Source: a virus | Taxonomy: Duplodnaviria > Caudoviricetes | IMG/VR virus record: IMGVR_UViG_3300037313_000577 | Coordinates: 6,384 to 70,383 of that record | DNA: 64,000 nucleotides | Direction: 5' to 3' (one strand) | Shown here: positions 9,925-18,744 of the stretch, piece after piece | Numbering within the stretch: position 1 is the first letter of the stretch | How the letters are laid out: every line of letters starts with the position of its first letter | The notes under the pieces: generated by a model | Told to the model about the DNA's origin: nothing | The model's input: the letters and a program-made list of their open reading frames with translations, nothing else | The model's database searches: none | Program-made: the position numbers and the translations under genes

Positions 9925-10590
9925 ATGGCGCGTTCCCCTACCAAGCTCCATCCACAGGTGCGTGATGAGATCATTCAACTCGCACACAGTGGCGCAACGA
10001 TTGCGATGATCGCGAACGAACTGCCGATCTCGTACGAAAGTGTCAGGCGCGTTTTAGCTGAGGAAGGTATCACCACCGCGCGTGAAACCGCGCTGGCACG
10101 CGAAACTGGCAACGACGACGGCATACGCATTCGCGCGGTTCCGGTTGCACGCGCGAAAGAGATCGCTCGCGATTACACTGCCGGAATGCCGATCCCCGAT
10201 TTACTTGAGAAGCATGGTATCTCTGCGCCGACAATGTATAAAATCTTGCGCGTGTTCGAGATCCCCAATCGCACAGAGTTGGCGGCACAGGCGCGTGTCA
10301 GCGCATTCAACGACGCCATTGGTATGTACTACAACGGCGCGAAGCTGTGGGAGATCACGCGCGCGACCGGCATATCGTCGGCATCGCTGATCGCAGAGCT
10401 TCACAAGCGCGGCTTTGAGTTGCGTGGACGCAAGCAACATCGCCCACAATACACGCTGGCGCACACCATCGATCAGATCAAGCTCGACCTTGACGACGAA
10501 CAGATTCAACTCCGTCTGGATGCGATCATCCGCGACGAATTACAAAACAACGCACACGCGGAGGCTGTGATCCATGGAGACGACGCATAA
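9925..10590 (+). CDS. multi-HTH DNA-binding protein (transcription regulator candidate)
   Basis: Three HTH-like segments (GATIAMIANELPISYESVRRVL; GMPIPDLLEKHGISAPTMYKIL; GAKLWEITRATGISSASL). AGGAG RBS. Confidence 0.75.
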   Translation: MARSPTKLHPQVRDEIIQLAHSGATIAMIANELPISYESVRRVLAEEGITTARETALARETGNDDGIRIRAVPVARAKEIARDYTAGMPIPDLLEKHGISAPTMYKILRVFEIPNRTELAAQARVSAFNDAIGMYYNGAKLWEITRATGISSASLIAELHKRGFELRGRKQHRPQYTLAHTIDQIKLDLDDEQIQLRLDAIIRDELQNNAHAEAVIHGDDA

Positions 10591-10972
10591 CGACGTACTA
10601 CTGGAAGCGCACGCGATCTTAGATGGGATGGGCATTCCCGACGACGAGCGCTCACTTGTTGATCGCCTTGCGCTTGTTGCAAGTCAATGGGAGCGGCGGC
10701 AACGCGGCAAGATCTACGGTCTGACCGACGTGCAGGTGACACGGCTGTACGATGTATTCAATGCCGCGTTAGAGTGGTCCAAGGTCGAAACAGCACGCGA
10801 TTTCGAGCACGCACAGCGCGTCAATCCGCAAGCGGAACAGAATCGCGCGTACTTACAGCAGACACTTTTCGACGCCGTCCGCGCATGCAATCGTGCGTTT
10901 ATTGACGCTTTCACCCAGGAGCACACACGCGATGCACTACGGACAAAAAACCACGATCAAAGTCGAGCTTAA
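10574..10972 (+). CDS. hypothetical protein
   Basis: GGAGG RBS, overlapping operon gene. Confidence 0.55.
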   Translation: METTHNDVLLEAHAILDGMGIPDDERSLVDRLALVASQWERRQRGKIYGLTDVQVTRLYDVFNAALEWSKVETARDFEHAQRVNPQAEQNRAYLQQTLFDAVRACNRAFIDAFTQEHTRDALRTKNHDQSRA

Positions 10973-11405
10973 ACCAGGACAGCGCATCTGTGCCATCGAT
11001 CCGGGAGGCACAACCGGAATCACACAAGTACAGTATCGCGGTGGACGTGAGTTTGACGTGCTCTGTTGTACTGAATTGAAGTGGGAAGATCGATTCCGTA
11101 TACGTGAGTATCTGACACTCATGGATTGGCTTGTCGTGGAGCGTTTTACACCGTACGCGCATAAAGCACAGTCACTTACGTACGATACACTTCCGGCGGT
11201 ACAAGTAATCGGAATCGTTGAAGCGTTTGCGTCGATGATCAATTACCCACTGAATGCGATCATCTACCAGAGTGCGAACGTGATGAAGCACGTGGAAATC
11301 CTGCCTGAGCACGCTGCTATCGTCGGTCGTGGCTCAGAGCACAGAAAAGATTCCTACCGCCATGTTCGATATTGCATTGTCACGAACAGACCACGTGAAA
11401 CATAA
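10932..11405 (+). CDS. RuvC-like Holliday junction resolvase
   Basis: ICAIDPGGTTGI first strand, LVVERF, and HxxDSxRH at the C-terminus. Confidence 0.7.
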   Translation: MHYGQKTTIKVELKPGQRICAIDPGGTTGITQVQYRGGREFDVLCCTELKWEDRFRIREYLTLMDWLVVERFTPYAHKAQSLTYDTLPAVQVIGIVEAFASMINYPLNAIIYQSANVMKHVEILPEHAAIVGRGSEHRKDSYRHVRYCIVTNRPRET

Positions 11406-11529
11406 TGCGCGCGTATCTCACGACGCTGGCGGTCATGGCCGGAATGCTGGCTGTGGCTTTTTATTTCTTTTCGGAGTATAAAATTTCGCGCGTACGTGCG
11501 TTGACGCTACGAACACGATTGGTGATCGC

Positions 11530-12978
11530 ATGCCTGATACTACTTTATCTGATCACGATGAAACTGCTCTTGCAGTAGCAGAACGTACGCCGCGTACGCC
11601 GTTTCCGTTTCAGGAGACAGCGATCCAACGTGGTGTCGATGCAAACACGTATCTGGCGTTACCATGCGGCTTAGGAAAGTCGCTGTGTGCCGTGGAGATC
11701 GCCAAGCGCTTGCGCATGCGCGCCGAATCACAGGGGTTGTGGGGATTCAAAGTACTGATCTGTCTGTCACCAAAAGTGGCAGCGCAGCAGTGGCGCAATG
11801 AAATTCTCGCACAGGACTGTGATCCGCGTGTACAGGTGTACGTTGGCGATCAGTGCGTCGTACCACTGATTGATCCGCTCGCGCACACCGATCCATGCTA
11901 TGTCGTACTCTATTACGAGCAGTTGAGCATGTTCGAGCACTTGCTCACACGCACAACATGGGATGTCGTCGTGTTTGACGAATCGCATTATCTGAATAAC
12001 AGAAATGCTGCACGCACACAGATTGCAGCGAAGTTGCGTGCACGCCGTACGATTGCCATGTCTGCGACACCGTACGACCGCTCGATCATCGAAACATGGA
12101 GCGTGCTGCATCTGCTGTATCCGAAGGAGTTCGTTTCTTATTGGGCATTCCGCAACAAATACGCGTTGCTGAGTGCGCCACGCGAAGGAGGGTATCGCGA
12201 AGTATTAGGGACAAATCCGCAAGCGCTCGCCACGTTCGCGCCGCGTTTGAAAGCGATCATGTATCGCATCTCGAAAGAAAAGGCGCTCCCACAGTTGCCG
12301 CCACTCACGGTCACGCGCGTACCGATTGTCCTGAGCGCGGAACAACGCGCGCTCTACGATCACATCAAGCACGCGCCTGACATCGAGCTTGACATGTCGG
12401 AGTATTGGGATGTGCCGCAGGACACGCGCGATGACGACGATCAATACATGCTGATCAAGAGCGTGCTGGCGCGCATCGTGCGCTTGCAACAGGCAGCAGT
12501 GTATCCGGCCTTGCTCGGCGCGTGGAATGTGCCAAGCGCGAAGCTTGAATGGCTGGATGACTATTTCAACAATAACCGTGATGAACGCATCGTCGTATTC
12601 ACACGCTTTCGTGCCGTTGCAGAAGCGCTGGCACGCAAGTACGGCAGTGCGTTGATCGTCGGCGGCGCGCGTGAAGGTGTAGACGAATTTCGGGCCTGTG
12701 ATCCGCATGTACGTGTGTTAGTCGGCACGATTGCCGCAATGGGCACAGCATTGTCGCTTGGCATGGCACGCACGGCGATCTTTGTCGATAGCGACTGGTC
12801 GTCAATCAAAATGTATCAAGCCACGCAGCGCATTCACAGGGCCGACATTACTGAGCCGAAACATCTGATCTATCTCGACGCGCTGAAAACAGAGGATATG
12901 CGAGTAAAGCGCATTCTCGAACGCAAGGCGAGCGAGAGCGCATTGGTCGCATCATTTTTGACGGAGGATGTCGAATGA
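11530..12978 (+). CDS. SF2 (SNF2/DEAD-like) helicase
   Basis: LPCGLGKS (motif I variant), VVFDESH (II), MSATP (III), QATQRIHR (VI). Confidence 0.9.
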   Translation: MPDTTLSDHDETALAVAERTPRTPFPFQETAIQRGVDANTYLALPCGLGKSLCAVEIAKRLRMRAESQGLWGFKVLICLSPKVAAQQWRNEILAQDCDPRVQVYVGDQCVVPLIDPLAHTDPCYVVLYYEQLSMFEHLLTRTTWDVVVFDESHYLNNRNAARTQIAAKLRARRTIAMSATPYDRSIIETWSVLHLLYPKEFVSYWAFRNKYALLSAPREGGYREVLGTNPQALATFAPRLKAIMYRISKEKALPQLPPLTVTRVPIVLSAEQRALYDHIKHAPDIELDMSEYWDVPQDTRDDDDQYMLIKSVLARIVRLQQAAVYPALLGAWNVPSAKLEWLDDYFNNNRDERIVVFTRFRAVAEALARKYGSALIVGGAREGVDEFRACDPHVRVLVGTIAAMGTALSLGMARTAIFVDSDWSSIKMYQATQRIHRADITEPKHLIYLDALKTEDMRVKRILERKASESALVASFLTEDVE

Positions 12979-13478
12979 CGCTCACCATTGCAGACAGGCG
13001 CGCACGCACGGACGCAGACTACGCGCAACTCGAAGGAGCGGACATCGGACCTGTGATCACGCCGATCTTCCCCTTCTCGATGGCGTATCTCGGCGGATAC
13101 ATCGACTCGACCTTGCGCATCTACACGCAGTATCGTCCACGTCCGTACGTGCGCATGCGCATGGCGCTCAATGGCGATACGGAGATTCCCAAGGCACTCT
13201 ACGAAGCCGGTTATGGCTACACGTATCGACATCTGTTCTGTATTCATGACGTGTACAAAGTTGAAGAATTTTGTGCACTCATTCAGCCGCACGTGCGCTT
13301 CATGCGTCCATACGTAGATCGCGTCCTGGCGATTGCACGCGCGCGACGTTTCATGAATGCGATGATGCGCGAGCGCGCGCTTTCGGAAGAAACGACCGCG
13401 CGGCACGCGTTTATCGAACGCTTTGAAGATCTGCAAAAATACTTGCGCACCCATCCGATCTTACCGACACGGAGCTAA
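12975..13478 (+). CDS. degenerate LAGLIDADG-like endonuclease-fold protein
   Basis: MAYLGGYIDSTLRI resembles the LAGLIDADG helix, and FCALIQPHVRFMR resembles its C-terminal part. Confidence 0.5.
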   Translation: MTLTIADRRARTDADYAQLEGADIGPVITPIFPFSMAYLGGYIDSTLRIYTQYRPRPYVRMRMALNGDTEIPKALYEAGYGYTYRHLFCIHDVYKVEEFCALIQPHVRFMRPYVDRVLAIARARRFMNAMMRERALSEETTARHAFIERFEDLQKYLRTHPILPTRS

Positions 13479-13480
13479 CG

Positions 13481-14554
13481 ATGCCACACTTCACACCGGA
13501 CGGACGCACGGCCATCCACATCTCCGATGTCACTGCCTACAAAACGTGCAAGCGTCAATGGAACTGGTCGAGTCGCATGCGTGGCAACTTGGAGCCGAAG
13601 CGCATCTATGAGCCGTTCTTTCTTGGATCACTCATCCACTACGCGCTCGAACGCTACTACGCGGGTGAGACAGACGCGCAGGCGACGATCACAGCCTACG
13701 TCGCGGAGAAGCGCGCGACGATGGAATCCCAGGCGACGTTGTGGGCAGAAGATCTGATGCAGATCGATGAGATCGAAACGCTGGCACGCGGCATCATTCG
13801 CCATTATCTGTTGTGGGAAGCACGCCAGAAAGGTCCGTTCTCGATGGAGAACTTAGAATTCCTGACGCTAGAGCAGGAGTTTGGCGTGCCGATCTGGAAT
13901 CCCGAAACGGATGAGACACATCCGCACGCGTACTTTGAAGGGAAATGGGACGGACTCGTGCGTCGGCGCGACACTGGCGATCTCTACATATGGGAGATGA
14001 AAACAACGCGCTCGATTCCGGGACGCGTGGCGATGCTGGTCAATGACGACCAGGCGACCGAATACATGAACGCGGCGCGGTACATGTTCGGGAGTCAAGT
14101 CAAGGGTGTGCTGTACACGATCATGGCAAAGCGCATCCCGCCGTTCCCGAAGATCACGCGCGACGGCATGCTTTCGCTCGACGTGAAACAGCAAACGCTC
14201 GCATCCTACATCGCGGCGATCAAAGATTTCCACGGCGACGACGCAAGCACGTTGATGCGCTCGCACTACGCCAATGCGATCATCACACTCAGCACACAGG
14301 AGGATCTGTATTTCCAGCGGCGTGTGATCACACGCACAGACGCCGCGCTCAAACGTGGCATGTTGGAGTTGTGGCAAGTGGCGACGAATATGATTCAAGA
14401 GATCGCACCATATTCCACGCCTGCGCAACACTGCACGTACTGCACCTTTCGTGAGCCATGTCTTGCACTGCAAAACGATCAGGATTACGAAGTGCTGCTA
14501 CGTGAAAGTTACCAGTCACGCGATCTCGCACGTGAAGCGGTAGAGGATGACTGA
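13481..14554 (+). CDS. Cas4/AddB-like PD-(D/E)XK exonuclease
   Basis: HISDVTAYKTC...GKWDGL...IWEMKTT, with C-terminal HCTYCTFREPC (four Cys, Fe-S pattern). Confidence 0.85.
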   Translation: MPHFTPDGRTAIHISDVTAYKTCKRQWNWSSRMRGNLEPKRIYEPFFLGSLIHYALERYYAGETDAQATITAYVAEKRATMESQATLWAEDLMQIDEIETLARGIIRHYLLWEARQKGPFSMENLEFLTLEQEFGVPIWNPETDETHPHAYFEGKWDGLVRRRDTGDLYIWEMKTTRSIPGRVAMLVNDDQATEYMNAARYMFGSQVKGVLYTIMAKRIPPFPKITRDGMLSLDVKQQTLASYIAAIKDFHGDDASTLMRSHYANAIITLSTQEDLYFQRRVITRTDAALKRGMLELWQVATNMIQEIAPYSTPAQHCTYCTFREPCLALQNDQDYEVLLRESYQSRDLAREAVEDD

Positions 14555-14780
14555 CATGCGCAACATCATGGTGTTGATCGCCAGTCGCGATAGTGCGCAC
14601 TGCATCGATCAATGTTTGATCATCATTCCTGAATCGGAATGGGACGGTTACAATCCGGCCAATGATGCGCGCATCACTGGCATCATAGCAGATCCGTACG
14701 TGATGCGGACGTTTGTGATCCCATTCGATGCGGATTGGTTCGTGTCGGACATCGGAGACAATCGCCCGTATATCGGCTAG
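14547..14780 (+). CDS. hypothetical protein
   Basis: Coupled to the upstream gene, 77 aa. Confidence 0.5.
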   Translation: MTDMRNIMVLIASRDSAHCIDQCLIIIPESEWDGYNPANDARITGIIADPYVMRTFVIPFDADWFVSDIGDNRPYIG

Positions 14781-14788
14781 GATCACAG

Positions 14789-15061
14789 ATGAAATTGTTG
14801 CTGTTGGTATCATCGACAACACACGCGCGTGGCGTCATGGTCGTGCATGACGATGCAGACGAGTCCGCACTGTTGGCACGGCATGACGTACGAGCGACGA
14901 TTCCAGCAGCAATCTTGTACGCGCGGCTCTCGCTTCCGATTCGCGATAGCGATGCGCGCATGCTCGTACGTGCACTCGGAGCGGGTGAGTTATATATTCC
15001 GGCGACGGATTCACAGGGGAACTATCATGCGCCTAGCGATTACGATCCGACTGATGCGTGA
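14789..15061 (+). CDS. hypothetical protein
   Basis: Fills the operon. Start at MKLLLL. Confidence 0.45.
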   Translation: MKLLLLVSSTTHARGVMVVHDDADESALLARHDVRATIPAAILYARLSLPIRDSDARMLVRALGAGELYIPATDSQGNYHAPSDYDPTDA

Positions 15062-15230
15062 GGACACACAGATTGACGAATGGAGCGCCAATGTCGATCT
15101 GGTGTCGCTTGCGCCAGTCGATAATTCCAATGGATTAGTCACGCGTCTACGCACGCTGGTACGGCGCGAACTGATTACGCGCGGCTTGATGCTGCCAGAA
15201 CCCGAAGATCGGGGAAAGAAGAAACGATGA
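15054..15230 (+). CDS. hypothetical protein
   Basis: Overlaps both neighbours. Start uncertain (15027 or 15054). Confidence 0.4.
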   Translation: MREDTQIDEWSANVDLVSLAPVDNSNGLVTRLRTLVRRELITRGLMLPEPEDRGKKKR

Positions 15231-15760
15231 ACACGCACGACGATGACGACGAAGGAACGGACGGCATCTTGAATCTGGCGCGCATGTTGGGAATCAACGT
15301 GGCTGTGATCTCACTCGACGGCGATACACCGACCGTGCACACGTACAATCCAGACATGGACACGCAGCGCCACGCAGATGCGCGCGACGATGACGCGCAC
15401 GACGACGCGCAGGGCATTGACGGTGATGCGCGGTTCGGATCGGCGCGCGCGGGTGACGACGACTTTGACGACAAGATGCAGGAGATCAGAGATTCAGCGC
15501 ATCTGTTTACGGTGTACGTCGGCATCGTCGGCGGGAATCGCGTCGTGCGCGATCACTTCACGCGCTGCCGCGATCACGGTGAGCTACTGCTTGAAACGCT
15601 GTGTGAGGTTGTGCGTGCGCAATTGCACGAACAGGTGGATGAGAGCGGCTATCTCGCTATCGACGTGCATGCTGCTGGACTCGCGGCACGCAAGCTCGAC
15701 GTGAGCGACGTGCCGCATGCGCTCGAACGCGCGACACTCCCGACGACGAAAAGTGCATAG
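15227..15760 (+). CDS. acidic hypothetical protein
   Basis: 177 aa, ATGA overlap. Confidence 0.5.
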   Translation: MNTHDDDDEGTDGILNLARMLGINVAVISLDGDTPTVHTYNPDMDTQRHADARDDDAHDDAQGIDGDARFGSARAGDDDFDDKMQEIRDSAHLFTVYVGIVGGNRVVRDHFTRCRDHGELLLETLCEVVRAQLHEQVDESGYLAIDVHAAGLAARKLDVSDVPHALERATLPTTKSA

Positions 15761-15805
15761 AGGCGCGTGCCGCACACACGCAGCCTGTGAATCGATGAGG
15801 GGCAT

Positions 15806-16612
15806 ATGCGACGACTAAATCCAGAAACGACTCCATTCCTTAAGATGCTTTTGTTCGGATTGCCGGGAAGCACGAAAACACGCACGGCAGCGACGGCAGC
15901 ATGGGACGCGCGAACAGCACCGGCTTTGCATCTCGACATCGGCGGCAATACCTTGTCGATTGCCGATTACAAGGACAAGCCTGATGTGCTGGAATTGACA
16001 AAGCTGAATGAGTTGAATCCTGTCTACGACTATCTGTCAACAGGACAGAAGCCGGATCACGCGCTCGCGCGCAAGTTTGACTTGCAACAGTATCGCACGG
16101 TGATTGTCGATACGATTACCGATATTCAACGTGATTCTGCGACGATAGTCACGAACGCGGAAAAGATGGGGCCAGGAGATTTGCCGCCTGCGATGCAGAT
16201 ACAACACTACGGAGCTGTGTTAAGGCAAGTGCTCAACCTCACGCGACTCTTTTATCGCTTGCCGATGAACGTGATCTTTATTGCACAGGAGCGTGAAGAT
16301 CGCGATGAAACGACCGGCGCGATCTACTATCGTCCAGCACTGAGCGGGCAGGCAGCGTTAGAAGTACCGGCGTATGCGTATGTGCTTGGACGCATGATGC
16401 ACATGTCGCGTGTAGACAAGCGTACGTTACAGGAAGTTGGTGCGAACGGTCTAGATGCAGGAAAGATCACGTCGGTGATGATCTTACGTCCGTCTGGTCG
16501 CATTGCAGCCAAGGACCAAATGGGGATCGGCGTGCCGTACCTAACAGATCCGACTGTAACCAAGCTACTCGACCTTGCAGCAAAGCATGTGTATTCGGAT
16601 GAAGGTGAATGA
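15806..16612 (+). CDS. AAA-family ATPase (AAA_24 / Sak4-like recombination protein)
   Basis: LLFGLPGSTKT Walker A variant, VIVDTITD Walker B, VIFIAQE, PALSGQ. Lies near the Cas4-like nuclease and SSB. Confidence 0.8.
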   Translation: MRRLNPETTPFLKMLLFGLPGSTKTRTAATAAWDARTAPALHLDIGGNTLSIADYKDKPDVLELTKLNELNPVYDYLSTGQKPDHALARKFDLQQYRTVIVDTITDIQRDSATIVTNAEKMGPGDLPPAMQIQHYGAVLRQVLNLTRLFYRLPMNVIFIAQEREDRDETTGAIYYRPALSGQAALEVPAYAYVLGRMMHMSRVDKRTLQEVGANGLDAGKITSVMILRPSGRIAAKDQMGIGVPYLTDPTVTKLLDLAAKHVYSDEGE

Positions 16613-16814
16613 TCGCGCGTGCGAGTCTGAGTCATTATGACTCAGACTCTCTGCGCACACAGTACGCAAGGATCGCCGGATTATCGGTGATTATAACTCG
16701 TGAGAATGCTTCTTCTCAATAGTAATGTTGTGTACGCGTACCTGAGCCACAAACACACACGCCTGTGAATCGGTCACAGCACCGATTCACAGGCGGTCAA
16801 GGAGTACACACGCC

Positions 16815-17015
16815 ATGCAGTATACCATACGCACACGCGCATGGGAACCGTACGGCTATTCGATCTGCGTAGACACAACCTCTGACCGGAGTGATCCGTT
16901 AGCTCCGTCACGCACCAGCTACACGGTCTATCGCTACAACGAAGCTATCAAGACGTTTCAGATCGAAGCAGATGCGATCCTGCTGATCATCGATCTGATT
17001 ACGCTCAAAATTTAA
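16815..17015 (+). CDS. hypothetical protein
   Basis: AAGGAG RBS, 66 aa. Confidence 0.5.
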   Translation: MQYTIRTRAWEPYGYSICVDTTSDRSDPLAPSRTSYTVYRYNEAIKTFQIEADAILLIIDLITLKI

Positions 17016-17074
17016 TCGCTGCTGGCCTGTGAATCGTGCACTCGTTCGATTCACAACCTTCTTGGAGCACATGC

Positions 17075-17725
17075 ATGCAAGCAATTGTTAGAGGCTCAAC
17101 GACGATCTACACGGATAAACCGATGAGGGCACGCGCGGATTTCGATTTTTACCCAAGTCCTGATGCACATGTGATCGCCGCGTTACAACAACTCGCAGAT
17201 TTACACCCGAAACGGATTCTCGATCCGGGTGCAGGCGCGGGTGTGTGGGGCTATTGGTGTCGAGAGACGTGGCCGAATGCGGAGATCGTCGGCGTCGAAG
17301 TGCGTACCGATGCACAACCACATCCAAAGTATGATCGCTGGATCACAGGCTCGTTCCTAGATCCACATGTGCGTTCGCAACTCGGCAACTTCGATCTAGT
17401 CATCGGTAATCCACCGTTTATCGTAGCCGAAGCGTTCTTGCGTGCGTCGTGGGAACTTATGAACGCAGATGCGCATATGCTGCAATTATTACGCATTGGT
17501 TTCCTGGCTGGTATCAAACGTCACGCAGATCTGTATCAGGTGATGCATCCGAATACGGTGTATGTATCTGCCAAGCGACCATCATTCACTGGCGATAGTA
17601 GAACCGATGCGATGGAATACATATTCATGCATTGGCACAAAGCTGTGCGTCCCGATCACTTTATCGGCAAGATCCTCAATCCGCAGCACTGGCAATTGCA
17701 ATACTGTACGGAGCCGTACCGTTAA
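17075..17725 (+). CDS. amino (N6-adenine type) DNA methyltransferase
   Basis: ILDPGAGAGVWG (motif I) followed by VIGNPPF (motif IV). Confidence 0.8.
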   Translation: MQAIVRGSTTIYTDKPMRARADFDFYPSPDAHVIAALQQLADLHPKRILDPGAGAGVWGYWCRETWPNAEIVGVEVRTDAQPHPKYDRWITGSFLDPHVRSQLGNFDLVIGNPPFIVAEAFLRASWELMNADAHMLQLLRIGFLAGIKRHADLYQVMHPNTVYVSAKRPSFTGDSRTDAMEYIFMHWHKAVRPDHFIGKILNPQHWQLQYCTEPYR

Positions 17726-17759
17726 CACATGCGACACTGATCCAGTTTTTGCGTACCTC

Positions 17760-17788
17760 TTGACAAATGGCCCGATCTGTGCTATAAT
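17760..17788 (+). promoter_or_regulatory. consensus sigma70 promoter
   Basis: TTGACA (17760-17765), 17 bp, TATAAT (17783-17788), with extended -10 TG. Confidence 0.85.
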
Positions 17789-17792
17789 ATAG

Positions 17793-17928
17793 GCTCACCA
17801 CCGAAAAGCGGTGGTTGCTCTTTGCACATTAACTATAAAATCCGAATGTGTGTGACACGCCCATACATTCGCGCATGCGTCACTGAGTGACGACGCATCT
17901 CTGCCGCGTGTAACAGCGCGGCTTTTTT
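17793..17928 (+). ncRNA. candidate ~135-nt small RNA
   Basis: Lies between the perfect promoter and a U-tailed terminator, contains three internal hairpins and no ORF. Confidence 0.55.
17903..17928 (+). terminator. intrinsic terminator
   Basis: GCCGCG-8 nt-CGCGGC followed by TTTTTT. Confidence 0.7.
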
Positions 17929-17954
17929 GTCGCACGGAAAGTATAAAATTTCGT

Positions 17955-18390
17955 GCCTGCCGCTTGTCAGTACACAAGCCCATTTGCGAAGCGTTGTCCG
18001 TCGTTGCAAGCGGCGGAATGCTGTCGGTACGGGACTCCTTCCATGTGTGTGCGTGTGTCGGATGACGAGCTTTGCATGTCTGTGTCATCTGCGTGTGTGT
18101 CGTATCCAGCACAACGCTTCGCAAAACATCACCGCGTGTGCACAAACGTACGCGCGTATTCGCTAGACGTAGCAGTAACAAAGCATGGTCGCTGTCGGCC
18201 AGCGTCGGAGTCGCTGCTGCTGTTTGCGCATCTGTCAGGGAGAAGTAAGACACGTGCTTCTCCCGCAGATGTGGATCGTGGGCGCGCGAGATGCGTGTAT
18301 CGCGCGCAAATGAGTGCGTGCGGAGTCGAGTGTGTGCGACTCCGCTCCCGCTCTTGCTCACACATACAACAGTGCTGCATGTGTGGGGAT
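17955..18390 (+). ncRNA. candidate ~440-nt structured RNA
   Basis: Perfect 15-bp long-range helix 17983-17997/18111-18125 plus at least six further stems. No credible ORF. AGTATAAAAT box just upstream. Confidence 0.4.
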
Positions 18391-18398
18391 GGGGGAGG

Positions 18399-18683
18399 AT
18401 GCCAAGCGATTTCACCAACACGAATTATGTCAATGAGATTCTTGCTTTCCTGGGATCAGAGGCGATTGAAGTCTTGCCGCAAGGTGAGTATCACGGTCGC
18501 ATCGTGGATGCGCCACACGCATTAGGCGCGAACGGCATGCACAAACAATGGTTCACCGTGCGTTTGATTGCACCGTCGCCGCCGGATCTGATCGGAAAGA
18601 TCGTTCACGTCGGAATCGCTGCCGATAGCACAGATGAGGCAGTGGAAACGGATGAGTATGCCACGCAAGCGAGCACAAGCTAA
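18399..18683 (+). CDS. short DUF669/SSB-like paralogue
   Basis: EVLPQGEYHGRIVDA resembles the N-terminal strands of the downstream SSB. Confidence 0.45.
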   Translation: MPSDFTNTNYVNEILAFLGSEAIEVLPQGEYHGRIVDAPHALGANGMHKQWFTVRLIAPSPPDLIGKIVHVGIAADSTDEAVETDEYATQASTS

Positions 18684-18744
18684 CGCGAACACGAACACCA
18701 ACAACAACCATCAACCAATCAGTACACAAGAGGACACCACGATC

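Noticed and set aside
11405-11578. Small hydrophobic ORF MRAYLTTLAVM...
   Set aside because: Overlaps the helicase start by about 50 nt and contains the AGTATAAAAT box. Possible but unsupported.
17795-18525. ORFs 17795..18421 (-) and 17953..18525 (+)
   Set aside because: No RBS, Cys/Arg/Ser-rich composition, and overlap with a promoter, a terminator and many hairpins.
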